From a virus (taxonomy: Duplodnaviria > Heunggongvirae > Uroviricota > Caudoviricetes), in IMG/VR virus record IMGVR_UViG_3300032167_000069: DNA of 39,764 nt, one strand, 5' to 3'. The notes beneath the pieces are model-generated. The model was not told the origin of the DNA. It was given only the letters and a program-made list of their open reading frames with translations, and made no database searches. Below are positions 9,686 through 21,304 of this stretch, piece by piece. Position numbers and translations under genes: made by a program. How positions within the stretch are numbered: the stretch's first letter is position 1; every line of letters starts with the position of its first letter.

Positions 9686-10165
9686 ATGGCTGACATTTAT
9701 TTTTCTAAATGGGATGATTTAGTCAATGCAGTTGACAATAAATTATCTGTAATATTAGAAAAAGATGTTGCACCTATTGCAGAAGAAATACTCAAGAAAC
9801 ATATAAAATCAGATATTTATGATGCTTATACTCCAAAAGAAAACGGATGGGTTAACGGAACGACATATCAAAGGCGGCACGTTTTAGAAGAGGCTGTTAC
9901 CTCTATTATGCTTGATAAAAACACAATTCTTATTACAAGCACTGCAACCGCCTCCCCCTCCGTTGTTAGCGGTTGGAGTTTTCACAATAGATATCCGGGT
10001 GCGTTTTTGAAACTGATTGAAAGCGGAAATACAGGAATATGGAAAAATGGTTTTCCACGTCCAGCAGTTTCTAACACTCAGGATGAAATTGACAACAGTA
10101 ATCAAATAGCATCTGCAATAAAACGAGGAATTAAAAGGGAAATTGGAATTTGTATAGATATTTGA
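9686..10165 (+). CDS. Hypothetical protein, possibly neck/tail completion
   Basis: 159 aa immediately before the tape measure gene. Confidence 0.6.
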   Translation: MADIYFSKWDDLVNAVDNKLSVILEKDVAPIAEEILKKHIKSDIYDAYTPKENGWVNGTTYQRRHVLEEAVTSIMLDKNTILITSTATASPSVVSGWSFHNRYPGAFLKLIESGNTGIWKNGFPRPAVSNTQDEIDNSNQIASAIKRGIKREIGICIDI

Positions 10166-10196
10166 AGGGGTGATTATTATTATCATCCCTTCTTTG
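10164..10196 (+). terminator. Terminator-like hairpin before the tape measure gene
   Basis: GAAGGGGTGAT-tattatt-ATCATCCCTTC followed by TTTG. Confidence 0.55.
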
Positions 10197-10219
10197 TTAT
10201 AAAAGGGACGGTGATATAA

Positions 10220-13200
10220 TTGGCTTTTGGAGCAAAAATAAAGCTTAAAGTTAACACTTCTGGAGCCTCCGCCTTCCGTACTGAAATTCAGAACTATGTA
10301 AACAGTGCAACGAGTAGCAAGCCTATTGTGATTAAAAATATCACCATTAAACTTGCTAATCCTAAAACACAATTATCCCAAATCCGAAACCAGCTTAATC
10401 AAGCTGGTGGCATTGGTTCGGTAAATCTTAAAGAGATAAATGCCACGGGTGCTATAAATAAACTGCGTAAAGACATACAGTATATGTTGAGCGGTTTAAA
10501 TATTGTTGGTTTAAAAGAATTTTTAGGAGCGGAAGGCATCACTGCCGCAGCCGGAGATATTAATAAAGCAAAAGAGGCTGCCAGTGCGTGGGCTTCTCAA
10601 TTACAAGTCGTAAACGACATTTCAAAGAAGTTAAGCACCTCGTATAAAGGTGCTTTATCTGGTAATCAAATGATTACTAATTCTGCGGAATTAACTCAAA
10701 TTACCGCAGCATATACTGCTTGGCAGCAAAAAGTCGAACAGTTAAGAGCAACAAAAGTCGCTTTATCTGCCGAAGAACTGACAAGCTTACAAAATGAAGG
10801 TATTGCCATTCAGCAGAAAATCTCTTTACTTCAAAGAGAGCAGGCTGAGGCAACGAAAGCCGCAAATGCTAAAAAGACTGATGCTGTGGATGCTGAAGCG
10901 GCTGCTAAAAAAGAACTTGCATTAACTCAGCAAACAATAACACTACGTTCACAAGTTCAGCGTTATATTCTTTCAAATAGCAAGGCTTATAAAGCATATG
11001 GTGCCGATCTTGATGGTATAATGTTTGCCCTCAGAGACGAAGCAACTTTATCTGAAGAAGCATTAAAAAGATTAAAAATTCGTTTTTCTGAGATAAAAAC
11101 CGAGGCAGATGCCGCAGGTTTATCAGGCAATACATTCTTTACAACTCTGAAGAAGGGCTGGGAGAAATTTGGTGGTTGGTCACTTGTAACTAAAACAATG
11201 ATGACTGCATATCGTACCATCAAAAATATGGTAAAAGCGGTTAAAGAACTTGATTCAGCAATGACTGAATTAAAGAAAGTAACCGACCTCTCAAACCAAT
11301 CTTACGAAAGCTATTTAAAGAAAGCAACCTCTATGTCGAAAGAGGTTGGTGCAAGTCTGGCGGACACAGTTAATGCAACTGCTGACTTTGCACGTTTAGG
11401 ATACAATATCGAAGATTCAAGCTCGTTAGCGGAAGCTGCACTTGTTTACAAGAATGTTGGTGATGGCATTGAAGATATTTCAGAGGCTTCTGAATCAATT
11501 ATTTCAACCATCAAGGCATTTGAACAGTTTGGTGTTTCTGCTGAAAATGCTATGGATATCGTTGATAAGTTCAACGAAGTAGGTAACAATTTTGCAATCA
11601 GCTCACAAGGTATTGGTGTCGCTTTGCAAAAGTCCGCCTCTTCCCTTGCTGCGGCTGGCAATGATTTAAGCGAAAGTATTGCTTTGATTACTGCTGCAAA
11701 CGCAGTTGTGCAAAACCCTGAAGTTGTCGGTACAGCAATGAAAACTATGTCAATGTACCTAAGAGCTGCTAAAACTGAGGCTGAAGAAGCCGGAGAAGCA
11801 ACTGATGGTATGGCAAGTAGCGTATCCGAGCTTAGAAAAGAACTTTTAACCTTAACAAAGGGTAAAGTTGATATTATGATTGATGACACCACATTCAAGA
11901 GTACATATCAAATTATGAAAGACCTCTCTGAAGTGTGGACATCTATTACAGACGTTGATAAGGCGAACATACTCGAACTTATTGGTGGCAAGAGAAATGC
12001 GACCACCGTTACTTCTCTTCTTACAAACTTCAAAGATGCTGAAGCGGCATTAGCAAGTGCTAACAATGCAGTTGGTTCTGCCACAAAAGAAAACGAAAAA
12101 TATCTTGATAGTATAGCTGGTAAACTAAGTATTTTAGAAGCTAAGTTTGAAGCTATGTCTAATAATCTTATAGACAGTGGATTTGTAAAAATTGTATTAG
12201 ATGTGGCATCTGCTCTAATGAGTTTATTTGAGTTACTCAGCAAATTTCCATTTATTCTGTCAACGATAGCTACTTCTGCCGCATTAGTTGGAAAACATAC
12301 ACAAGCAAGGAATATAGAACAGTTAACAAGTAGAATTGTGTTGCAAAAAGGTGCTATTTTATCGGAGGGTGCAGCAACAGACCAACTAAGCATCTCCTTA
12401 GCTGGCTTAAATAAAGCTCAGCAAAGATTGCTTGTTACAGAATTACAAAGAAAAGTAACTACGGACGAAATAACACGTGATGAATATGAACAGATAGTTG
12501 CAACGCTTGGACTTTCGGGTGCCGAAGCAACATTAACTGCTACAAATGCTGGTTTAGCAGCAAGTTTTAAATCTCTTACGGCATCAATCCCTGTTTGGGG
12601 TTGGATATCACTTGGTATCACTCTTATCATAGAGTTAACATCTGTAATCTCAAATTTGGTTGATAGTATAGAGACAGCAGAGGAAAAAGCTACTCGTTTA
12701 AAAGAAGAGTGGGATGGATTAACATCAAAAATACAAGAGACGTCTAATGCTTTTCGCTCTATGCGAGACGAAGCAAATGATATTATACCAAGATTTGTTG
12801 AACTTGCAAAGGGTGTAAATGAATTTGGCGAACAAGTATCTTTAACAGATGAAGAATACGCTGAATTTTTAGATCTTAACAATAGAATTGCCGAAATGTT
12901 CCCAGAGCTAAATCTCGGAATGAATAGTAGCGGTAATGCTATGCTTTCATTATCTTACAGTGCAGATACGTTAACTGCTTCGTTAGAAGGGCTAATAGAT
13001 GCTGAAAGAAAAGCAGCTAATGCAGAAGTCGCAAAAACAATGCCAGATTTGATGAGTAATATTACTGGTCAAATGGATGGATATAACAAACAAATCGAAG
13101 ATGCTTCTGATAATATTGACGATGCGATAAAACTCATAACTGATAAGTCTAAGGGCTCTTATGATTTTAAACTCAATACAACATCGACTGACCCTAAAAA

Positions 13201-16200
13201 GATTGGTCGATTCTCTGATGAGTATTATGAGTATATTGCAACATTAAAAAAATATGGTATTGAATATGAAGTAAAGAAAGCTGCTCCGGCAAGTACATGG
13301 GTCGATGTTATAATTAAAGACCAAGATGCCGCTATTAAAGCTCTTGAGAGTGGCAAGGATAAAATGAAAAAAGCCATTGAGAGTGAAAAAGAGTCTGTCT
13401 GGAGAGAACTTAATGGTGTTGTAAGTGCTTGGTTACAAACTGATCCTTTATACGACAATCTGGACGAAACAGGTCAAAACATTGTCTTATCAATAGCAAA
13501 TGGCATAGATTTTTCAAAAGCCGGTTTGACCACGGCAGAGCAAGTTCAAAATTATGTAAAAGATAATATTGTAACACCTTTTTATAATGCTGAGCCAGAA
13601 GTAAAAGGTGCTATATATAGTATGTTTACTGTCAATGACCTATTTAATTCTGACCAGATAGACGTTGGCGAATATAAAGTTGTTATTGATAAATTCTTAG
13701 AAGAATTAAAGAACAGTGGTTATAACGATGAACAAATTAAAACACTCAAGATTGGGCTTGATATTACTGATTTTGAAGATAAATATAATCACGTTGTTAA
13801 GTTAGTACACGATGATAAAGGTGGAACTGTACCAATTGCTGAAGATTTAGAGAATCAAATCAAATCATTATCAGCCAAAGATATTGAAATTGCATACCTA
13901 ATCGAAGAAGCCGATGGTTCTATGACCTTTGATGAGCTTACAGCAAAGATTGAAGAGCTTCGTTTCAAAAACGCTCCAATGGTTGATGTTCTTGACTTTG
14001 ATAATATGGTTGATGGTCTTGACAAGGCTAAAGCTGGAATGGACAACCTTATCAATGCGATGAGTAAGTTAAAGAGTGGTACAGCTCTAACAAAGCAAGA
14101 ACTTGCTCAGTTGGCTCTTGAATATCCCAAGCTTTTAGAAGCCTCTGATTTATTTACAGATGGTTCTATTCAGGGTCAAAAGAATATGCTTAACACCATA
14201 CTCGATATGCAAGAGCAAGAGTATGATGCGGAAATTGATAAAAAGATAGCTGAATTAGAGGCGACAGAACAAGTTTTAAATGACCAGCTTGCTCTTGAAG
14301 AGGATAAGGCAAATTTACTTCAAGAAATTAAAAATTTTGAAGTTACAGGCATTCAAGATCAAGACGAACAGCTTGTAAATAAGATTAGAGAATACAACAA
14401 CTTACAAGGTAAAAACTTTGTAAGTATGCAAGATGGAATTCTTACTGTTAACCAAGAGGCTTTAAATAATCAGCTTGATGAACAGAAAGATTTTGGAGAT
14501 AAGTCCGCTACAAATATATGGTCTCCATTTGCAAAAACTATTTCTTCTGCTTTTGAAAAAGGTGGCTCATCTGGTTTAACAGCATTAAATAATGTTGGTT
14601 CAAAAATGAAAGATTGGGGTCAAAGAATTTCCGACAATATCTTGACTCCAATAGCAAATGGTATAAAAGGTCTGTTAAATGGTGAAGGTTTTAGCGGGTT
14701 TAAAGGTTTGTGGACTGGCATCTCTACGGTTGTGAGCGGAAAAGATGTGACCGTTACTTTTAATGGTAAGGATGTTTCTATTGACGATGAACCTCTTAAT
14801 GGATGGGTTGACAAACAGATTGAGGCAAATGAAGAAAGAATAGAGCAAACAAAAGACTTACTCAACAGAACAGTTAATGCCAAGAACAATCTATTAGCCT
14901 TAAAGGGTTTGGATTTGGCTGAAGTATATGGAAATAGCAACGATAAAGACGGCAGTGATAAAGATAAAGATAAAACCGAAGAATATATTGCTGAAGTTGA
15001 AAGGTATGCAGAGGCTCTACAAAGACTTCACGACATTGAAGTTAAACAAGCCAAATTAGAACGTGACCTTGAAAATGCAGATTCGGCAACCGAAAAGGTT
15101 CGCATACAAAAGGAATTAAATCAGGTTTATGCCGAAAGACAAGATGCTTTAAATCATCTAAATAATCTGCGTGATAAAACAATACACGATTCTATTCCTT
15201 ACTTGCAACAGCTTGGGTTTGAGGTTGAATATAACGATGAAACAAATCGTTTTTATATTGCTAATCTCGAACATTTGAATGAGCTTGAAGCTGACACGGT
15301 TGGAGAGCACGAAAATCTTCAAGAAGCAACAAACGCTTTAAGAAAAGATACTGAAGAGCTGATTGATGACCTTACAACTCTAAACGAAGCAAATGAAGAA
15401 GGTTCTCAAACTTGGCTTGAGCTTGCAGACAGTATCGAAGAAGGAAAAGAAAAGATAATTGAGTTTATCGAAGAAGTTGTTACTGAGGCAAATGAACTTG
15501 TTGATAGTTTTGAAGAGGTATATTCAACGATTACAGATGCGGCAAGTGAGTACGCTTCTACTGGTTATCTTGGTGTTGATACACTGCAATCTATCTTGTC
15601 ACTTGCTCCAAAGTATTTAAAATATCTCTACGATGAGAACGGGCAGCTTGTTTTAAACGAGGAAAGTCTTCAGGCAGTAATCGCTGCAAAAACAGAAGAT
15701 ATGGCGGCTGAAACAGCCCTTGCATATGCGAAGAAGATTTTAATTGCCGTACAAGAAGATGACATTGATACTCTGGGAACTCTTACTCAGGCTACATATA
15801 ACAGTAGTGAGGCAACTTGGGGTGCTGCTTATGCAACTCTTGGTCTTGCTAAAGCTATGGGTACTGCAAAGGGTATGGATGCAGGTTATTTTGAGGATGC
15901 TGTTGGTTATCTTACCAGAATGCAGTCTCTTACTAAAACCGCTACCGACTCTATCCCCCAATATTATCAGTCGTTAAAAAGCGGATATAAAAGTCAAGCT
16001 GATGGACTTTCTGAAATTATCAGTTTAACACAAGACCTTATTCAATGGGAATCTGAACAGAAGATTGAGAGTCTTGAAAAAGAAAAAGAGTCGTACCGTG
16101 AAATAATTGAAGCAAAGAAAGAGTTACTGCAATTATCCAAAGAGCAAGAAGACCACGAAGATGATGTCGCAGGTAAGCTCAAGGAAATTGCGAAATTACA

Positions 16201-17476
16201 ATCTCGTATTGATCAACTCTCTCTTGATGATAGTCGTGAGGCACAAGCGGAAAAGAAACAACTCGAAGAAGAGTTGAGTGAGTTACAAAAAGATTTTGCT
16301 GATAGTCAAGCAGACTATGCTTATAATACTCAAATTGATGCTTTAGACAAAGAGCTTGAAGCTTTTGAAGAAGCAAAAGATGATGAGATTAAAGAACAAG
16401 AAGAAATGCTTGACAGCGCCGAAGAGTTGTATCAAGCCGCAGTTGAACGTATAACAGAAAACTGGGGCGACAACTGGGAAGGCTTCTATCAGGAACTTCT
16501 TGGTTGGAATAACGAGTACGGTTCTACTCTCGAAACAGAGTTAACATCTGCTTGGGACGCTGCGACTGCGGCAGCACAAAGATATGGTTCTATTGCTGCG
16601 GCAATAACCGGTGTTAATGATAATACAAAACTCGGTTCATTTAGTGATACCGATAGTATTATTAGCTCTATGGGGCAAAATGCCATCAGTTGGTTGACTG
16701 CTTCATCTAATGAACGCACAGCTCTTGAAGAAGCCAACAGACAGCTTGCTTCCCAGTACGAGTCTTTAACCGGTGAAAAGTTGACCATAAGCAATGGTAT
16801 TTGGTATAAAGCCAATGGTAAAGAATTATTTAAGTATTCAAATGAAGAAGTTGCCACTGCGATAGTAAGTGCAATGAAGTCAAACAGTAGTGCTTATAAT
16901 AATACAACCGATACCGATGAAAGACAAGCTTTAGTTCAAAGAAATGAAGAGCTTGCCGCTTTGTTGGAAGAGCGTCTTGGCGAAACCATTGTTAAAGGCA
17001 GCAATGGCGTATGGTATATCGGTTCTGAGGGCGGAACTCAGTTATATCGCAAATATCATACTGGTGGTATTGCTGGAGATAAATCAACTCTTGAACAAGA
17101 CGAAGTTATGGCAATTCTTAAAGAGGGCGAACTTGTTCTTGACGAGAATAGAGAACACGCTCTTTATGAAATTGTTGACTTTGTAAGTTCTTTATCTGAA
17201 CGTCTTGGCAAAGCAATTAATGTCAATAAGTTGGGCGGAATTGCAAGTATGTTGATGTTATCTACCGATACTTCAACTGTTCATACCCCTACCCCATCCT
17301 CATCCAACAACATCGAAATCAACCCTTCGGTTAAAGTTGAAATTCATCACAATGGTGATTTAGATGAAAATGATGCAAAACGCTATGGCAATATTGCTGC
17401 CGAAAGTGTTCTCCAAGAATTAAACGATGCTTTTAATAAGCGTGGTATAAATTCATTCGGAGGAACGCTGAAATAA
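10220..17476 (+). CDS. Tail tape measure protein (TP901-type core)
   Basis: 2418 aa, long helical Ala/Glu-rich sequence; core motif ELDSAMTELKKVT...ATADFARLGY; C-terminal YHTGG...EVMAILKEGELVL motif. Confidence 0.95.
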   Translation: MAFGAKIKLKVNTSGASAFRTEIQNYVNSATSSKPIVIKNITIKLANPKTQLSQIRNQLNQAGGIGSVNLKEINATGAINKLRKDIQYMLSGLNIVGLKEFLGAEGITAAAGDINKAKEAASAWASQLQVVNDISKKLSTSYKGALSGNQMITNSAELTQITAAYTAWQQKVEQLRATKVALSAEELTSLQNEGIAIQQKISLLQREQAEATKAANAKKTDAVDAEAAAKKELALTQQTITLRSQVQRYILSNSKAYKAYGADLDGIMFALRDEATLSEEALKRLKIRFSEIKTEADAAGLSGNTFFTTLKKGWEKFGGWSLVTKTMMTAYRTIKNMVKAVKELDSAMTELKKVTDLSNQSYESYLKKATSMSKEVGASLADTVNATADFARLGYNIEDSSSLAEAALVYKNVGDGIEDISEASESIISTIKAFEQFGVSAENAMDIVDKFNEVGNNFAISSQGIGVALQKSASSLAAAGNDLSESIALITAANAVVQNPEVVGTAMKTMSMYLRAAKTEAEEAGEATDGMASSVSELRKELLTLTKGKVDIMIDDTTFKSTYQIMKDLSEVWTSITDVDKANILELIGGKRNATTVTSLLTNFKDAEAALASANNAVGSATKENEKYLDSIAGKLSILEAKFEAMSNNLIDSGFVKIVLDVASALMSLFELLSKFPFILSTIATSAALVGKHTQARNIEQLTSRIVLQKGAILSEGAATDQLSISLAGLNKAQQRLLVTELQRKVTTDEITRDEYEQIVATLGLSGAEATLTATNAGLAASFKSLTASIPVWGWISLGITLIIELTSVISNLVDSIETAEEKATRLKEEWDGLTSKIQETSNAFRSMRDEANDIIPRFVELAKGVNEFGEQVSLTDEEYAEFLDLNNRIAEMFPELNLGMNSSGNAMLSLSYSADTLTASLEGLIDAERKAANAEVAKTMPDLMSNITGQMDGYNKQIEDASDNIDDAIKLITDKSKGSYDFKLNTTSTDPKKIGRFSDEYYEYIATLKKYGIEYEVKKAAPASTWVDVIIKDQDAAIKALESGKDKMKKAIESEKESVWRELNGVVSAWLQTDPLYDNLDETGQNIVLSIANGIDFSKAGLTTAEQVQNYVKDNIVTPFYNAEPEVKGAIYSMFTVNDLFNSDQIDVGEYKVVIDKFLEELKNSGYNDEQIKTLKIGLDITDFEDKYNHVVKLVHDDKGGTVPIAEDLENQIKSLSAKDIEIAYLIEEADGSMTFDELTAKIEELRFKNAPMVDVLDFDNMVDGLDKAKAGMDNLINAMSKLKSGTALTKQELAQLALEYPKLLEASDLFTDGSIQGQKNMLNTILDMQEQEYDAEIDKKIAELEATEQVLNDQLALEEDKANLLQEIKNFEVTGIQDQDEQLVNKIREYNNLQGKNFVSMQDGILTVNQEALNNQLDEQKDFGDKSATNIWSPFAKTISSAFEKGGSSGLTALNNVGSKMKDWGQRISDNILTPIANGIKGLLNGEGFSGFKGLWTGISTVVSGKDVTVTFNGKDVSIDDEPLNGWVDKQIEANEERIEQTKDLLNRTVNAKNNLLALKGLDLAEVYGNSNDKDGSDKDKDKTEEYIAEVERYAEALQRLHDIEVKQAKLERDLENADSATEKVRIQKELNQVYAERQDALNHLNNLRDKTIHDSIPYLQQLGFEVEYNDETNRFYIANLEHLNELEADTVGEHENLQEATNALRKDTEELIDDLTTLNEANEEGSQTWLELADSIEEGKEKIIEFIEEVVTEANELVDSFEEVYSTITDAASEYASTGYLGVDTLQSILSLAPKYLKYLYDENGQLVLNEESLQAVIAAKTEDMAAETALAYAKKILIAVQEDDIDTLGTLTQATYNSSEATWGAAYATLGLAKAMGTAKGMDAGYFEDAVGYLTRMQSLTKTATDSIPQYYQSLKSGYKSQADGLSEIISLTQDLIQWESEQKIESLEKEKESYREIIEAKKELLQLSKEQEDHEDDVAGKLKEIAKLQSRIDQLSLDDSREAQAEKKQLEEELSELQKDFADSQADYAYNTQIDALDKELEAFEEAKDDEIKEQEEMLDSAEELYQAAVERITENWGDNWEGFYQELLGWNNEYGSTLETELTSAWDAATAAAQRYGSIAAAITGVNDNTKLGSFSDTDSIISSMGQNAISWLTASSNERTALEEANRQLASQYESLTGEKLTISNGIWYKANGKELFKYSNEEVATAIVSAMKSNSSAYNNTTDTDERQALVQRNEELAALLEERLGETIVKGSNGVWYIGSEGGTQLYRKYHTGGIAGDKSTLEQDEVMAILKEGELVLDENREHALYEIVDFVSSLSERLGKAINVNKLGGIASMLMLSTDTSTVHTPTPSSSNNIEINPSVKVEIHHNGDLDENDAKRYGNIAAESVLQELNDAFNKRGINSFGGTLK

Positions 17477-17487
17477 ACTATGATTGT

Positions 17488-17515
17488 AGAGGCGGAAATC
17501 ACTCCGCCTCTTTTA
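17488..17515 (+). terminator. Rho-independent terminator after the tape measure gene
   Basis: AGAGGCGGA-aatcac-TCCGCCTCT followed by TTTA. Confidence 0.75.
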
Positions 17516-17533
17516 TAGAAAGGAGGGCATTCA

Positions 17534-20500
17534 TTGGTTATTGATTTTTCAAAAATCGACTTCAAAGAAAAGCCTGTACTTGTTTTACGAAATGCAGATG
17601 GCAAGGCGATACAAACTTTGGGATACGCATACAACTTAAATGCTGAAATCCACTACAATGAAACGTCAACTATTACCTTTGACCTTCCGGCATATGTAAA
17701 CGAACAAAAAACACCTCATTATGACGATGTTGCTGGAATGCGTATCATTGATATGCTTGACTGGGGACAATTTATATTAATGAATCCTTCAACATCAAAT
17801 GACGGCATTAAAGAGATTAAAAGTTGTAAAGCCTATTCGTTAGAATATGAGTTAACTTATAAAAAAATGAGTTTAGCAGAGGGTACATACAATTTTTATA
17901 ATCCAGTAACCCCAGACGACACAATTATCGGTATTATCCTATCATATTTACCATCTTGGTCAATTGGAGAAATTGACAGTAATTTGATAGATAAATATCG
18001 TACATTTGAAGAAAGTAATGTCAATATATACAACTTCATCAAATCAACAGTTCAAGATACATACGGTTGTATATTTGATTTTGATACATATAAGCGGAAG
18101 ATAAATGTTAAAGCAACATCTTCCCCCACTTCTACCGCACCTATTTATATTTCTTTCGACAATCTTGCTAAAGAAATTGAAGTTGAAGAAGAAAGCGAAA
18201 ACATTTTTACCGTTTTAGATGTAAACGGTGCTGATGGTGTAACAATTAGAAGTGTTAACCCTATGGGCACAAATAAGATATACAATCTCGATTATTATAT
18301 GAATTCAACGAACTTTTCTGACGAAATGATTTCCAAGTGGAATTCGTGGAAGTCAACCTATGAAAGTGCTCAAAGAACATACTATAATATCACGATTGAA
18401 AAAATGATACTAACATCTTCTATTCTGGCAAAACAAAACGAACTTAACGAACTTAAAAATCAAGACTTAGCGAAGCTTGAAAATCAGCAGTCTGTGTATG
18501 TTGAGTATTTGGCAACGTTATCAGACACAAACAGTTCGGATTATTCTGAATATCAAAAGTTATTAAGGGGCGTTAATGCCGATATAAAATCTATAAAAGC
18601 AAACATATCAGATTTGCAGGACGAAATTGATGAACTTGAAGAACAAAAAGAATCTGTGACGGAAGATTTAATTTCAATAAATCACGAGACATCATTTGCA
18701 AATTTCTTTTCTGATGACGAATTAAAAATTCTTGATAGATATTTTAAGGAAGATGCAATTTCAGATAGTAGCTTTGTTATTGGAACTGCCAAAAGTTACA
18801 GCGATTCGGATATTTTTAGCAATTCGGGAGATTGTTCCTATTCAATTACTAATTCAGATATAACCGAAGTTGAATTTAACGAAAAATTCTTCTATACAAT
18901 CAACGGTGGCAAACTAAGCGTAAGTGGAGATGATTTTTCATTAAGTGCATCAATTATTAAAGGCACATTAGAATATCGTTATGATAATGATTTTGCAGTA
19001 TTCTCTTGTTATTTAAGCAAGGGTACTATTAATGGAGAAAGCTTTGCAAGCGGAACATTAACGGCTATGGGAGATGTATATACTCTATATTCTAACTCTG
19101 CAAGATTATCATTTGAATGTTCTGATGGCAAAAATTACTTTACAAAAAACATTACTGACTATGAGCAACATTCCGTGGAATGGGAATTGTATGAGTATGG
19201 TATGGATTGTCTCAATAAACTTGCATATCCTTCCTACTCTTTCAGCGTAAGCACTGCGAACTTCTTTATGCTTGAAGAATTTCAGGATTTTGTAAAGAAA
19301 ACTGTACTTGGTAACAAAATATATCTTTCGCTTGACGATAACAGAGTGTTAGAGCCTATTCTAATTGGAGCAAATATTGATTTTGAAAACATTACTTCAA
19401 TGGAGTTAAAATTTGGAGATACATTCAATCTTTCGAGCAATACCTTTAATTTGGTTGATTTACTTGACCAAAGTATATCTATGGGAAAGACTGTTGATTC
19501 TAACAGATTTAATTACAACAGTTTTATTGATAGCGGTGCTGCAACAGCCGTCAAGGGTTTTATGGATAGTTCGTTAGATGTTGCTAAAAATGCTATTTTA
19601 TCAAGTATTGGAATGGCAATCAGTTGGGATTCAAGCGGTATTAAATGCAGAAAATGGAAAGCTGATGGCAGTGATTATGAACCTGAGCAGTTAGCAATAA
19701 TCAATAATAATATTGTATTTACTGATGACGCTTGGGACACAGCGAAAATGGCTATCGGTCATTTTTCTGATACCAACGCAGGAGATGTCTGGGGTATTGT
19801 TGCCCCTAACATCGTAGGAACGCTTCTTGCCGGTAAAAGTATGGTTATTGAAAGTGAGAAAAAAGACGGAAATGTGTCTGTGTTTAGAGTGGACGAAAAC
19901 GGTGCATTCTTACATAATGCAGATTTTAATATTACGACTGATAACAATACTCAAATAATGTTAAACCCAGATTTAGGTTTAGCTATAGGAACATCCCCTT
20001 TATATACGGAAGATAGCAACGGAAACAAAACACTAAGAAAAGCTAATGCTAAATTCTATGTTGATACAGATGGTGATATGTTCTTAAAAGGTGTTATTCA
20101 AGCCGATGACTTCTTGGATAGCAGCGGTACTTCAATGCTTGAAGAGATTGATGGTGTAAAAACGGATAAGTTTGACTCGAAATATCTTTCTCTATATGGT
20201 TTGGAAATCAAAAAAGGAAGTCGAACTACGCTCGAAATTACACGTAGCGGTGACTTGATGATGAGTGGTGACTTGGTATCATCCACAATTCACGGTGGTT
20301 CTTTCTATGGTGGAAAATATTGTGCTACCGGTGAAGGAAGACATGACCAAGCCGCATACTATATTTACTCTGGCAGTACAACAACCTCAGATGGATATAT
20401 TACTCCAACGGGACTCGTTGGTTATATCAGTTATGATTCTAATGGAGCTGGTACTTCAGATGAGGCTGCAAAAAGAGTGTTCTTTACAACACTCAATAAC

Positions 20501-20623
20501 ACAGCTTTAAAAATTGAATCTGCTGGCAATATGTCAATTAGCACTGGCGGAACGTTATATATACAATCCAAGGTTGACTTTGGCGGAAAAGAAGTTACAG
20601 GATTAAAAATAACATTCGGATAA
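17534..20623 (+). CDS. Tail tip/baseplate hub (Tal-like, prophage tail spike family) protein
   Basis: 1029 aa, TTG start behind AGGAGG; hub-like N-terminus, central coiled coil, beta-rich C-terminus. Confidence 0.7.
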   Translation: MVIDFSKIDFKEKPVLVLRNADGKAIQTLGYAYNLNAEIHYNETSTITFDLPAYVNEQKTPHYDDVAGMRIIDMLDWGQFILMNPSTSNDGIKEIKSCKAYSLEYELTYKKMSLAEGTYNFYNPVTPDDTIIGIILSYLPSWSIGEIDSNLIDKYRTFEESNVNIYNFIKSTVQDTYGCIFDFDTYKRKINVKATSSPTSTAPIYISFDNLAKEIEVEEESENIFTVLDVNGADGVTIRSVNPMGTNKIYNLDYYMNSTNFSDEMISKWNSWKSTYESAQRTYYNITIEKMILTSSILAKQNELNELKNQDLAKLENQQSVYVEYLATLSDTNSSDYSEYQKLLRGVNADIKSIKANISDLQDEIDELEEQKESVTEDLISINHETSFANFFSDDELKILDRYFKEDAISDSSFVIGTAKSYSDSDIFSNSGDCSYSITNSDITEVEFNEKFFYTINGGKLSVSGDDFSLSASIIKGTLEYRYDNDFAVFSCYLSKGTINGESFASGTLTAMGDVYTLYSNSARLSFECSDGKNYFTKNITDYEQHSVEWELYEYGMDCLNKLAYPSYSFSVSTANFFMLEEFQDFVKKTVLGNKIYLSLDDNRVLEPILIGANIDFENITSMELKFGDTFNLSSNTFNLVDLLDQSISMGKTVDSNRFNYNSFIDSGAATAVKGFMDSSLDVAKNAILSSIGMAISWDSSGIKCRKWKADGSDYEPEQLAIINNNIVFTDDAWDTAKMAIGHFSDTNAGDVWGIVAPNIVGTLLAGKSMVIESEKKDGNVSVFRVDENGAFLHNADFNITTDNNTQIMLNPDLGLAIGTSPLYTEDSNGNKTLRKANAKFYVDTDGDMFLKGVIQADDFLDSSGTSMLEEIDGVKTDKFDSKYLSLYGLEIKKGSRTTLEITRSGDLMMSGDLVSSTIHGGSFYGGKYCATGEGRHDQAAYYIYSGSTTTSDGYITPTGLVGYISYDSNGAGTSDEAAKRVFFTTLNNTALKIESAGNMSISTGGTLYIQSKVDFGGKEVTGLKITFG

Positions 20624-20638
20624 TAGGAGGAAAAACTT

Positions 20639-21304
20639 ATGGCTTCAATTCAATTTTCCTCCATCGGAACTAATTCGTGCTCTGTGAGATTAACAGGGCT
20701 TGCTACATCTTGGGATGGTGGCACCAGATATGTGTATTATTATTTTGACACAGGTGGCTATCCAAGCGAGGAAGATTATTCAAATTACGCAAGTGGCTCT
20801 AATATATCAAACGGAGCCCCTTCTGGCGGTGGCGGTACGGTGTATGGATTATCTGCTGGAACAAAATATTACTGTAGATGTTATGTGTATTATAATAAAA
20901 CAATTACAACAGAAACAGGTTCATACACTGAAACCACAAGACTATCAACGATATCTGGCACATTTTATAGTAGACCGTATGATTGGAATTGGACGACAAG
21001 CATTAGTACATCGTCAATAATTCCGATGGATAAGTATGGCTTTCATCCTGTGACTGCTACCGAATGGAATAATTTTACTGACAGAATCAATGATTTTAGA
21101 CTGTATGCTGGATATTCAACATATAGCTTTTCAACAGTTTCACAATATCAGCAATTTACTCCATCAATATATAATCAGGCTGTCAGAGCAATAAAAAGTA
21201 TCAGTGGCTATGGTTATTATTTGAGTGAAATAAATGATGATACTGTTTTATGCGCAAATATATTCACTTCATTAGAAGATGAATTAAACAAGGTTACTGT
21301 TTAG
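20639..21304 (+). CDS. Minor tail protein with an FN3-like N-terminal domain
   Basis: VYGLSAGTKYYCRCYVY resembles the FN3 signature; Tyr/Ser-rich. Confidence 0.55.
   Translation: MASIQFSSIGTNSCSVRLTGLATSWDGGTRYVYYYFDTGGYPSEEDYSNYASGSNISNGAPSGGGGTVYGLSAGTKYYCRCYVYYNKTITTETGSYTETTRLSTISGTFYSRPYDWNWTTSISTSSIIPMDKYGFHPVTATEWNNFTDRINDFRLYAGYSTYSFSTVSQYQQFTPSIYNQAVRAIKSISGYGYYLSEINDDTVLCANIFTSLEDELNKVTV

Noticed and set aside
10987-17186. Many short antisense and alternate-frame ORFs inside the tape measure and other long genes
   Set aside because: Expected shadows of codon bias; Ser/Leu-rich with no RBS or motifs.
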